The translations under genes were made by a program, and so were the position numbers. Under the pieces are notes generated by a model that saw nothing but the letters and a program-made list of their open reading frames with translations, had not been told where the DNA came from and made no database searches. 31,430 bases of DNA from a virus (taxonomy: Duplodnaviria > Caudoviricetes). The stretch lies in the IMG/VR virus record IMGVR_UViG_3300033077_000439, positions 1 to 31,430 of that record; one strand, given 5' to 3'. Shown here one piece after another: positions 18,061 to 25,985 of the stretch. The number at the start of each line of letters is the position of its first letter. Position 1 is the stretch's first letter.

Positions 18061-18252
18061 TTATTCGTTATATTCTTGAACAATTTGTAAAGTTTGATAA
18101 TCTACAATTTGACAATTACAATGCCTATCTATACTTGGAATATTAATCCAATAATTGTAAGCTTCTTCTATAGTGTCAAATATATCTATATAATCTTCAA
18201 ATCCACCGCAAGGATAATAATTACTAAATGTAAATAATAAATATCTTTTCAT
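18061..18252 (-). CDS. Hypothetical protein (YYPxGG motif)
   Basis: ORF track; packed within the operon. Confidence 0.65.
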   Translation of the reverse strand: MKRYLLFTFSNYYPCGGFEDYIDIFDTIEEAYNYWINIPSIDRHCNCQIVDYQTLQIVQEYNE

Positions 18253-18256
18253 AATT

Positions 18257-18448
18257 TTATTGTTTATAAAGTTTACCTAATTCTATTGCTACTTGTTTCC
18301 AATGTTCTGTTTGTTGCATCTTACCTGAACATACTATTCTGTTATATTCTTTGCTGTATTTATTATAAAGTATTTCAGCACGTTCTTTTGGTGTTATATA
18401 TCCTCCTTTTAATTTCATATAGTTTTCTGCTCTTTCTTTTGCGTTCAT
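18257..18448 (-). CDS. Hypothetical protein
   Basis: ORF track; AKERAE/PKERAE repeat. Confidence 0.65.
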   Translation of the reverse strand: MNAKERAENYMKLKGGYITPKERAEILYNKYSKEYNRIVCSGKMQQTEHWKQVAIELGKLYKQ

Positions 18449-18636
18449 AATTTTTCTATTTCTTGTTTAACTTTTCTATAATACTTTAATTCATCCATAT
18501 CTGTTTCATCTATAAGTTCATTTACAGTTATTAATGCACATTCTTTAGCTATATAAAAATGACAATTAAAAATATATTCGCTTAATAATTGATTATACTC
18601 ATCAACCAACATTTCTGCTTTTTCTTTTGGTGTCAT
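18445..18636 (-). CDS. Hypothetical protein (MTPKEKAE family)
   Basis: Start reassigned to 18636, coupled (ATGA) to the upstream small ORF. Confidence 0.65.
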   Translation of the reverse strand: MTPKEKAEMLVDEYNQLLSEYIFNCHFYIAKECALITVNELIDETDMDELKYYRKVKQEIEKL

Positions 18637-18737
18637 ATTACTATTGAATAAATTATTAATACTATTGCTAATGCTATTATAAAAGAACATACTATTGCTG
18701 TTACTTCTAATACTATTTTTTCTTGTTTGTTTGTCAT
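18633..18737 (-). CDS. Small membrane peptide (34 aa)
   Basis: MTNKQEKIVLEVTAIVCSFIIALAIVLIIYSIVI. Confidence 0.5.
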   Translation of the reverse strand: MTNKQEKIVLEVTAIVCSFIIALAIVLIIYSIVI

Positions 18738-18740
18738 AAT

Positions 18741-18908
18741 TTAACTATTTTTTATATGTTCTCTTAAATGTTTTATTTCACAATCTCTTTCTATAATTTC
18801 GTCTAACATTTGTGATTTTTCTTTTTTTAATTTTTCTATTTTTATTTGATAAGAAATTCCTAAATATAAAATATAAATCCACGGTAACACTAATATAAGA
18901 ATATACAT
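18741..18908 (-). CDS. Small membrane-anchored coiled-coil protein (55 aa)
   Basis: MYILILVLPWIYILYLGISYQIKIEKLKKEK...; fills the gap. Confidence 0.55.
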   Translation of the reverse strand: MYILILVLPWIYILYLGISYQIKIEKLKKEKSQMLDEIIERDCEIKHLREHIKNS

Positions 18909-18910
18909 AA

Positions 18911-19432
18911 TTAAAGTTTTATATTGTTATTCATTTTATAAAATGCTTCTAATCTATCTTGTATTAAATCAAATTGTATTGTACCTTTAGTGTTATTCAT
19001 AAGATTGTTTAAATCATCTATTATTTTGTATTCGTGTCTTGGTCTTTCTATCTGTTCTTTTAACTCTCTTTTTAGTTTATCATTTTCAAATGTTAGTTTA
19101 TACATTTGTTGTTTTAACTTTTCTATTTCATTGAGTTCTTTTAGTTCTGTTTCGTCCATCGTAAAATAAGATAATATAGTTGCTCTAAACTTCTTTAGTT
19201 CAGGGTTGTATTCTTCATATAGTTTATAATTCTTTAATGCGTGTATAACTGTAGCGTGATTAAGTTCTAATGTATCACCAATAGCTTGAAGAGATTTCTT
19301 TGGCTTTAATTCTTTTAATACATTACAATATAATGAACGTAACTCTATAACTTCTCTTTTACGTGTTCTTATATCTATATCTGTATTTGTTTCTTGTTTA
19401 ATTATTTCTTTTAATCTTTCTGTAATTTCCAT
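18911..19432 (-). CDS. DnaA domain IV-like HTH DNA-binding protein with coiled coil
   Basis: RKREVIELR...SLQAIG...NHATVIHA matches the DnaA C-terminal signature (R.R...R...SL..IG...DHTTV.HA). Confidence 0.75.
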   Translation of the reverse strand: MEITERLKEIIKQETNTDIDIRTRKREVIELRSLYCNVLKELKPKKSLQAIGDTLELNHATVIHALKNYKLYEEYNPELKKFRATILSYFTMDETELKELNEIEKLKQQMYKLTFENDKLKRELKEQIERPRHEYKIIDDLNNLMNNTKGTIQFDLIQDRLEAFYKMNNNIKL

Positions 19433-20190
19433 TATTCTTTATTTTTTATAAATGTTCCGTTCTCCATTTTACCTGTTCTTTTAACTATTACATTGTAAGC
19501 GCTATTAATACAGTCTTCTATATTATATCCTGCTAACTTAGATAGATTAGTTAATACTACTACACAATCACCAATAGCATCTATTATTTCTTCTTTATCG
19601 TTATTCAATAAAGCTTTTGCTAATTCACCTGCTTCTTCTTGTAGTTTTATATATTGTGTCTTTACATCTCCTTTATCTAATATTCCTTTTTGTTTAGCCC
19701 AAGTTCTAATATTATTGAATATTTCTAATTCATTTGATTCAACAGGTTTTAAATAGTTTTGTAAAGCACCTATATATATAAACCTTTCTTTATTATGTGC
19801 TGATGCTACATTATTTGATTTGCACCATTCAATTGTTTTATTATCAAACTCTATATGAGTACCATCTAATAGTTGCACTAACATAGGAAATTTATATCCC
19901 GTTAAATGTAAGTCATCTGTTCCTTTAAATGTAATTGTTCTTAATGTTACGTGAATTGTTTTGTCCATTGTTTTTTTGTTTTTATTAATCATTAATTGTA
20001 AATATGAATTTTTATCTTTCTTATAGTTTAATACTTCTTGAAAATGTATTTCTAATTTAGAAGCTTGTGTTAAATTATCTGTTGATGCAAGTACTTCGTA
20101 TTCTTTGTAACCTTGTATTTGTTCAACACGTTTTTTTAAATCATTTGTGCAACCTACTTTAACTCCTTTTATATGATATATGTAATACAT
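19432..20190 (-). CDS. GIY-YIG-like domain fused to MazG-like NTP pyrophosphohydrolase
   Basis: N-terminal YIY...KVGCT.DL.KR...A.KLE; C-terminal WA..KG...KLQEEAGEL...IIDAIGD...RTGKMENGTF. Confidence 0.75.
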   Translation of the reverse strand: MYYIYHIKGVKVGCTNDLKKRVEQIQGYKEYEVLASTDNLTQASKLEIHFQEVLNYKKDKNSYLQLMINKNKKTMDKTIHVTLRTITFKGTDDLHLTGYKFPMLVQLLDGTHIEFDNKTIEWCKSNNVASAHNKERFIYIGALQNYLKPVESNELEIFNNIRTWAKQKGILDKGDVKTQYIKLQEEAGELAKALLNNDKEEIIDAIGDCVVVLTNLSKLAGYNIEDCINSAYNVIVKRTGKMENGTFIKNKE

Positions 20191-20192
20191 AG

Positions 20193-20417
20193 TTATATTT
20201 TTCTACCACAAAGAGGGTATATGTATGAATGATATTTAGTTCCTTTTTTAATTACTTTATTATTTTTAAATTTAATATCTTCATCAGCAATACTATCTTT
20301 TCTACTATAGTAACCAATACAATCTCTATCGTTTTCAATAACAATAATACTTCCAACGTACTTATTATCAACGTGATACTCAATAAAAAATCCTAAATCT
20401 TCAAATATTTGTCTCAT
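20193..20417 (-). CDS. Hypothetical protein
   Basis: ORF track; first gene after a promoter. Confidence 0.65.
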   Translation of the reverse strand: MRQIFEDLGFFIEYHVDNKYVGSIIVIENDRDCIGYYSRKDSIADEDIKFKNNKVIKKGTKYHSYIYPLCGRKI

Positions 20418-20437
20418 AATTGTTTGTTTTTGTTATA

Positions 20438-20488
20438 CAAATATAATACTTATTTACAAGTTATTTACATTTTAACATAAATTTAACA
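20438..20488 (-). promoter_or_regulatory. Host-type promoter TATATTTG with TGTTAA-N5-TGTTAA
   Basis: -7 element at 20438-20445; repeats at 20472 and 20483. Confidence 0.7.
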
Positions 20489-21130
20489 CTTTTTATTATA
20501 GTGTCTTTCATATATATGTAAGTTTTGTGCATAATGAGTATAGAATCCTTGCTCTACATTTAAAGATTTACATACTAATTTATGTAATTGTAAAAATGTA
20601 TAAGCATCATTACAGAATCCAAACCATAAATCATTACTTCTCATTAAAACTGTCATATGTAGCTTACTTGAATCAGGTGTAAAATAGAATTGAATTGATA
20701 ATGTGCAAGGAGTATCTTTAGAGTACTCAGAGTGTTCTTTACCATCATAGATAGATATTAATGCACGACGTGAATATTTATCCCTCTGAAGTTCTTTAAT
20801 TACATACTCTAATTGATTGTTTCTACTCCATTGCCAACCATAGTTTGAGTTAACATAACCACGTTCATCCATATGATTGTACCATATTTTAGCTATCTTA
20901 GCTATTTCAACAGCACTTCTATCTTTTGATAAATACCATTCCCATTCCTTTTCAGCATAATCTAATTTAAAGTTTCTAAATTCAGATCTAACTATAGAAT
21001 CAGAAGTATCTAATATAGTAAACATTTGATTGTATAATGCTTTAGTGCCTGTTTCTTTTTGTTCTACTTGACTATCTAACTTTTCGTAGTAATATTCAAA
21101 TGCTTCTGTTATTGTTTTAAATTGCCACAT
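20483..21130 (-). CDS. Thymidylate synthase-fold enzyme, dCMP hydroxymethylase-like (T4 gp42 type)
   Basis: EWY.SK, KIW, NSNYGW, SRR, catalytic PCT, MRSND..FGF.ND (Asp at the pyrimidine-specificity site), LHIY.RH. Confidence 0.85.
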   Translation of the reverse strand: MWQFKTITEAFEYYYEKLDSQVEQKETGTKALYNQMFTILDTSDSIVRSEFRNFKLDYAEKEWEWYLSKDRSAVEIAKIAKIWYNHMDERGYVNSNYGWQWSRNNQLEYVIKELQRDKYSRRALISIYDGKEHSEYSKDTPCTLSIQFYFTPDSSKLHMTVLMRSNDLWFGFCNDAYTFLQLHKLVCKSLNVEQGFYTHYAQNLHIYERHYNKKC

Positions 21131-21285
21131 ATGTTTTCTTGTTTTATTGGATATTTATATCCTTGTTTGTCTTCAAATAAATAAACTTTTGTTCCTTCGT
21201 ATAATATTTCTGTTCCTTTAAATTTAGCATATAAAGTATCACCAGCGAATTTAAAATAATATTTATTATCTATTACTAATTTCAT
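21109..21285 (-). CDS. Small beta-rich protein within the modification cassette (58 aa)
   Basis: MKLVIDNKYYFKFAGDTLYAKFKGTEILYEGTKVYLFEDKQGYKYPIKQENICGNLKQ; overlaps both neighbours. Confidence 0.6.
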   Translation of the reverse strand: MKLVIDNKYYFKFAGDTLYAKFKGTEILYEGTKVYLFEDKQGYKYPIKQENICGNLKQ

Positions 21286-22300
21286 CTATTATTTCTTTTA
21301 ATCTATTATCAAATTTATCTTTATTCCAAGCATATGAAAATATAGCTTTTCTTTGTTCTAAAGCATATTCTAATAATTCATCTTCATTTAATTGTTCAAT
21401 ATATTTATAAGGCAAACCTAAAGCTTTTAAATCATTATAAGAAGTTATTATTATAGATTTTTGTAAAGCAGCGTAAATATATCTAATTCTAAACCAACCA
21501 CTACCTGAGTGTGGATATTCAGGACAAAGTATTCCCCAATATTTACCACATTCATTATAAACATCTGTTTCTGTTTCTAATTTTATAGAGTCTTTAATTG
21601 ATTTAGCTCCGTAGTAAGTAGTTTTCCATGCAAATCCTTTTTTCTTAACCCATCCACTATGGTCTACTAAAGAAGCTAACATGTATTTTTTTTCTTTTTG
21701 TTGAGGTTCAGGTTTTAAATTTATATTCCAATTATCTAAAACATAAGGAGTTAAATCTAAGTTGTAAATATTTTTTGATTTAATTATTTTTCTAACTATA
21801 TCTTTATTTCCCCAATCAAAAGCTGGTATTAAAGCATCATAAAATCCTTTACTTAATCTTAATATAACTTCTTTAACTATATTAATATCAAATGATTCGT
21901 TATCAACTCCACTATAAAAATAATCTCCATTGCTCCATTTTTTACTTATAGATTTTTCTAATATATCTGGCTTTAACATATTTTCAAATGATTTCATATT
22001 TGAATCTATTTTCCAATCTTCATAAAATACTAAGCATTTTTTAACTTTATGTAAAGCATATAAAGAATTAAATATGTATTTTGAATAATTACTACTACCA
22101 AAACATCCTACACCTACAATAGCTAAATCATACTCAGATAAATCATCGTCCCATTTTATTTCTTTTCTATCTACAATATATCCTTGTTTTCTTAAGGAAT
22201 CACAAATTATAGTGCTATCATCTATTCTTTTAACTCTTGCTCTTTGCCAAGCTAAATCATCAGTTTGTTTTGATGTGCTTCCTGTAAATAAAATTTTCAT
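21266..22300 (-). CDS. GT-B DNA glycosyltransferase, T4 beta-glucosyltransferase-like
   Basis: 344 aa; MKILF, DLSEYDLAIV, LVFYEDWKI, WFRIRY.YAA and a C-terminal helix pattern parallel to T4 BGT as recalled; adjacent to the dCMP-modifying enzyme. Confidence 0.65.
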   Translation of the reverse strand: MKILFTGSTSKQTDDLAWQRARVKRIDDSTIICDSLRKQGYIVDRKEIKWDDDLSEYDLAIVGVGCFGSSNYSKYIFNSLYALHKVKKCLVFYEDWKIDSNMKSFENMLKPDILEKSISKKWSNGDYFYSGVDNESFDINIVKEVILRLSKGFYDALIPAFDWGNKDIVRKIIKSKNIYNLDLTPYVLDNWNINLKPEPQQKEKKYMLASLVDHSGWVKKKGFAWKTTYYGAKSIKDSIKLETETDVYNECGKYWGILCPEYPHSGSGWFRIRYIYAALQKSIIITSYNDLKALGLPYKYIEQLNEDELLEYALEQRKAIFSYAWNKDKFDNRLKEIIDEISNR

Positions 22301-22301
22301 A

Positions 22302-22562
22302 CTACTTATTATTATAGTTGTTTAAACTTCCTAAATAAGCTACTGCGTCAAGTAGATTATCTTCTTTATGATTATAAGACTGTCTAGACAACTTTAAAGC
22401 TACAAGACACATGTATATATCTTGTGCTGTAAATTGTTTACCTGTGCAACCTGAAGCTATCATAGCAGCTCGTTCCATACCTTCTTCAAATGGTCCATAC
22501 ATACGTTCTTTTTCTTCAGATCGTAAATTAATAATTTTGTTTGCTTCTTCTAAAATGTTCAT
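22302..22562 (-). CDS. DUF6378-like all-alpha protein (putative nucleotide pyrophosphatase)
   Basis: ILEEA..I...R....YG...TA.D....VALKLSR.....DNLLD..AY. Confidence 0.7.
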   Translation of the reverse strand: MNILEEANKIINLRSEEKERMYGPFEEGMERAAMIASGCTGKQFTAQDIYMCLVALKLSRQSYNHKEDNLLDAVAYLGSLNNYNNK

Positions 22563-22609
22563 TGTTTTTGTTTGTTTAAGTTAATAAAATGTAAATATAT
22601 AATTTTTTT

Positions 22610-23323
22610 TTAATTAGTTCTTAATTTTAACAAATTATAGCATTCAATATAACGTTGCTTTGCTTTTCCTTTGTGTATTTGTTTAAATAATTCATAAACT
22701 CTTTTTGTATATTTATAACGTGAATCGCAATCTACAAATAATTTTTCAGCATATTTCTTTCCATAACCTTTACAATATTGCACGTTATCTGCTCCATCAC
22801 CTATAATCATTTGCTCATAAAAATTATACATTGCTTCTGATTCAGATATATCATAAATACACTTATGCTTAGCATGATAATTATAAATCAAAGCAGGAAA
22901 TTGTTTGTAATCTTTATCAATTGATATTATCATTACATTTTCTCTACCATGTTCTTGTGATAAATTGTACCAATATCTTGCAACCATATCATCTGTCTCT
23001 ACTCCGTAACCTATTATTGAATCATAATTATCTTTTACAAATTGATGCATATCATTTAATAATGGTGGAAGTTCACTACCAACTCTATTAGCTTTATATT
23101 TTGGTGATATATATTTTCTAAAATTACCTTTAGAACTTGAAAAAACAAGCACTTGTTGTATTTCGTAAATTTCTTCTAAATGATTTATTATACTCATAAA
23201 TCCTTCATCAAACTTATGTACTGTTAAAGCTATATCAGTATAAAATCTATCATCTTCATCATGTTCTTTTCTTTTACAACAACTTGAGTATATTAAACTA
23301 TCAGCATCAAATAGTAGTATCAT
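22610..23323 (-). CDS. 5'-3' exonuclease / flap endonuclease (T7 gp6-like)
   Basis: DADS, NFR...YKANR, ETDD, SIDKD, GDGADN...GYG.K motifs. Confidence 0.88.
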   Translation of the reverse strand: MILLFDADSLIYSSCCKRKEHDEDDRFYTDIALTVHKFDEGFMSIINHLEEIYEIQQVLVFSSSKGNFRKYISPKYKANRVGSELPPLLNDMHQFVKDNYDSIIGYGVETDDMVARYWYNLSQEHGRENVMIISIDKDYKQFPALIYNYHAKHKCIYDISESEAMYNFYEQMIIGDGADNVQYCKGYGKKYAEKLFVDCDSRYKYTKRVYELFKQIHKGKAKQRYIECYNLLKLRTN

Positions 23324-23324
23324 A

Positions 23325-23528
23325 TTAATTTTTATTAGAATTTAACAATATTAATTTTAAAATGTAATTATAAACACTTAATTCTCTTGTAGTACTATTA
23401 ATCATCGATGTTAATTGGTCATCGTTTAAATCAGTTTTACCTGTGATTAATTCATCTACATATTGTTTTAATTCCCTATCTAAACCAATTATTTTAGATT
23501 GTATTTTAATTAATGCTTGTTCATTCAT
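23325..23528 (-). CDS. Hypothetical protein
   Basis: ORF track. Confidence 0.6.
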   Translation of the reverse strand: MNEQALIKIQSKIIGLDRELKQYVDELITGKTDLNDDQLTSMINSTTRELSVYNYILKLILLNSNKN

Positions 23529-23737
23529 TATCTTATTTTTATGTTGTTTAAATTAAACATTGTTTCATCGTAATTTAACACTTCTTTTACCTGCTGTTCG
23601 TAAGTATCTGAATAATTAAATTCAGTTCTTAATGCATCTGTAATTTCTTCTAATTGATGTTTAACAAATGTATTTTCTACTTCTGCCATTAACCAAGTTA
23701 GGTTTTCTAATTTTTCAATAATTTCTTGCTTTGTCAT
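23528..23737 (-). CDS. Hypothetical protein
   Basis: ORF track; follows a promoter. Confidence 0.65.
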   Translation of the reverse strand: MTKQEIIEKLENLTWLMAEVENTFVKHQLEEITDALRTEFNYSDTYEQQVKEVLNYDETMFNLNNIKIR

Positions 23738-23760
23738 AATGTTTGTTTTAATTGTTTAAG

Positions 23761-23811
23761 CAAATATAAAAAAGTTATTAATACGAATTACATTTTAACA
23801 TAAAATTAACA
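23761..23811 (-). promoter_or_regulatory. Host-type promoter TATATTTG with TGTTAA-N5-TGTTAA
   Basis: -7 element at 23761-23768; repeats at 23795 and 23806. Confidence 0.7.
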
Positions 23812-23812
23812 T

Positions 23813-23841
23813 AAAAAAAAGCTATCTTTTATTAGATAGCC
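23813..23841 (-). terminator. Intrinsic terminator
   Basis: GCTATCT-aataaa-AGATAGC followed by T8. Confidence 0.8.
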
Positions 23842-23956
23842 TTTCAATTATAATTTTTCTGTAAACTTCATTAACAGATTCTTTATTGTTTCCACGTTTC
23901 CAAAGGAAATCCATTATTCTATTTATTCTTTGTAATGGTGATTGTTTACTTTTCAT
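23822..23956 (-). CDS. Small basic hypothetical protein (44 aa, ...RGNNKESVNEVYRKII...)
   Basis: Fills the gap before the terminator. Confidence 0.6.
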   Translation of the reverse strand: MKSKQSPLQRINRIMDFLWKRGNNKESVNEVYRKIIIERLSNKR

Positions 23957-24131
23957 ATTGTTTTAATTTCTCTAAATACAAAATCATATCCATAGCTTCT
24001 TCTTGTGCGTGTTGTAGCCATTGTAAACGGTCTAAATCATCTCTATCTAATGTTACACCATATTTATTTATTCCTACTTCTGAACGTTGTTTAAATTGTT
24101 CTATAACTGATTCTACTATTGTATCTTTCAT
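23946..24131 (-). CDS. Small MazG-like all-alpha protein
   Basis: R...G..KYG.TLDR.DL....WL.HAQEE.MD..LY, with an acidic EExxD cluster. Confidence 0.6.
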   Translation of the reverse strand: MKDTIVESVIEQFKQRSEVGINKYGVTLDRDDLDRLQWLQHAQEEAMDMILYLEKLKQYEK

Positions 24132-24262
24132 TTTAGTTCTAATAATGTTTTAAAATGATTCAATGCTAATATATATCCTTTTTCTTGTTTAGTTTTTTTA
24201 TTTAATGAACTATAGTTTTCTAAAGTATCATTTATTCTTTTTATTATTTCTTTACGTTTCAT
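24128..24262 (-). CDS. Small basic hypothetical protein (44 aa)
   Basis: MKRKEIIKRIND...; ATGA overlaps on both sides. Confidence 0.55.
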   Translation of the reverse strand: MKRKEIIKRINDTLENYSSLNKKTKQEKGYILALNHFKTLLELK

Positions 24263-24522
24263 TTGTTAAATCTTTTTGAGTGTTGTGTATAAAGTTCCAT
24301 TGTTTTTTTTAAAGCATCGTATTCTGTAAATTCAACATCAATGTTATTTTCTTTATAATTATGTACTTCCAACCTATTTGATATTTGAAATTTAACAACT
24401 TTAAATTTTTTAGTATATTGAATAGGTTGAATCACATAAGCTAAATCATTTTTGTTACATATATAACTACATTGTATTTCTTCTTCTGTAGGTGAATATG
24501 TTGCTTCTTGTTTTTTAGCCAT
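24259..24522 (-). CDS. Hypothetical protein
   Basis: ORF track. Confidence 0.65.
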   Translation of the reverse strand: MAKKQEATYSPTEEEIQCSYICNKNDLAYVIQPIQYTKKFKVVKFQISNRLEVHNYKENNIDVEFTEYDALKKTMELYTQHSKRFNK

Positions 24523-24883
24523 TTAATTTTAAAAATTCAGTTTCACCATATTCTTTAAACCATTCGCTATTCTCTTTATATTTATCAATTACTGCATTTA
24601 TAAATACTAATTCATCTATTGAACTTGTTTGCAGCTTCTTAATTATTGATTCAATACTATTTAAAATATTAGTAGTTGTTTCAGGGTCGGTTTTATAAAT
24701 TATCTTATATTCATTTCTTACTGTTTCTTCCAAGTCTTTATTTAAACTATTTATTTTATGTTTAACTTGTTGCTTGTATTGAGTTGTAAAAAATAAATTT
24801 TCATTTGCTTCTAATAACAATTGACTTAATAAAACTGATTTTAAATACTCTTGCTGAATGACGTTTTTATTTTCCATATTCAT
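24515..24883 (-). CDS. Hypothetical helical protein
   Basis: ORF track. Confidence 0.65.
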   Translation of the reverse strand: MNMENKNVIQQEYLKSVLLSQLLLEANENLFFTTQYKQQVKHKINSLNKDLEETVRNEYKIIYKTDPETTTNILNSIESIIKKLQTSSIDELVFINAVIDKYKENSEWFKEYGETEFLKLNG

Positions 24884-25238
24884 TATAAACTTTTCTTAAT
24901 TCTTCTACTTTACCTGCCCAACAAGAACCACAAGAACTTAATTGCAAACGATAATTAAATACATTGTAGTATATTTCACTAATTATTTGTTGTTCTTCAA
25001 TAGTTAAACTATTTTTACTTGGCGCAATTAAATCTGTTAAAGCATTATAATCTGTTTCAGTTAAACAATTAATATTTCTGTTGTAAGAAAATAATTTATT
25101 TAGCTTTACTTTACGTTCATCACAACCACAATCTAAACCTGTTGCTTTGCTAAACATTTCTACTGCTGCTTTAATTCCTGTTGCTTCAGTGATTTGTTCA
25201 ATAGTATCACCTAAACCTTTTGCTTTTTGTTTTGCCAT
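24867..25238 (-). CDS. Conserved Cys-containing phage protein
   Basis: KGLGDTIE.IT.ATGIK...DCGCDERK..LN...SCGSC. Confidence 0.7.
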   Translation of the reverse strand: MAKQKAKGLGDTIEQITEATGIKAAVEMFSKATGLDCGCDERKVKLNKLFSYNRNINCLTETDYNALTDLIAPSKNSLTIEEQQIISEIYYNVFNYRLQLSSCGSCWAGKVEELRKVYNEYGK

Positions 25239-25241
25239 AAT

Positions 25242-25427
25242 TTAATTTTTAATGTTAAAATTTTCTTCTATAAATTTAAATAAATTTTCTTTTGTTTCAA
25301 AAACATATGGTATTTCTCTTATAGTACCATTTAAACTAAGTATATTATCATTTGGATAAACTAAATATCCATTTGACATTATTTCTATTTTTAAGTTTTG
25401 AAATTGTTTTTTAAATTGTTCTTGCAT
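25242..25427 (-). CDS. Hypothetical protein
   Basis: ORF track. Confidence 0.55.
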   Translation of the reverse strand: MQEQFKKQFQNLKIEIMSNGYLVYPNDNILSLNGTIREIPYVFETKENLFKFIEENFNIKN

Positions 25428-25442
25428 AATTTTAAATTTTAA

Positions 25443-25985
25443 TTAATAAATGTTATTGTAATCGTTTGTTATATAATCTTGGTAATCTTTTTCAAACTTA
25501 TTTTTAAGTATTTCTTTATAATTTTTAATACTGTGAAATATTGAAATTAAACTAATATTTGTTTCGCTTGCAATATCACGCATACTCATATCTGTATCAC
25601 GATATAATTTAAACAGCTTTTTATCGTACCAATGCCAATTATCTATTTCTTCATCAATCATTAAACAAATTTCATTGTACGCATTGTGTTCTTCAATATT
25701 AGAATCATCAAATAATTCCCAACATCCATCAAAAGGTACTTTATTAATAGTTTTCTTTTTATTGTAATATTGGTAATATAAAGAACGTAACGTAAAGAAC
25801 ATATAACCTTTGCGTACATTTCCTTTATCATCTATTAACTTTTCTGCATTTGCATACTTCATTAAAGCAATATAAGATTCTTGTACTATATCTTCAGCAT
25901 AATCATACTCACCAAGTTTTTGGATTGTTTTAACCCATTCTTTGTGGTGTTTTGCTACCTGTTCAAGCCATTTGAAGTTGTCCAT
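25443..25985 (-). CDS. ECF-like sigma-70 factor (putative late sigma)
   Basis: Region 2 AEDIVQE.Y; region 4 HTH LFKLY...MSMRDIA.ET.IS..SI. Confidence 0.8.
   Translation of the reverse strand: MDNFKWLEQVAKHHKEWVKTIQKLGEYDYAEDIVQESYIALMKYANAEKLIDDKGNVRKGYMFFTLRSLYYQYYNKKKTINKVPFDGCWELFDDSNIEEHNAYNEICLMIDEEIDNWHWYDKKLFKLYRDTDMSMRDIASETNISLISIFHSIKNYKEILKNKFEKDYQDYITNDYNNIY

Noticed and set aside
20483-21130. Ordinary thymidylate synthase (thyA)
   Set aside because: Has Asp rather than Asn at the specificity position, gp42-like motifs, and a glycosyltransferase neighbour
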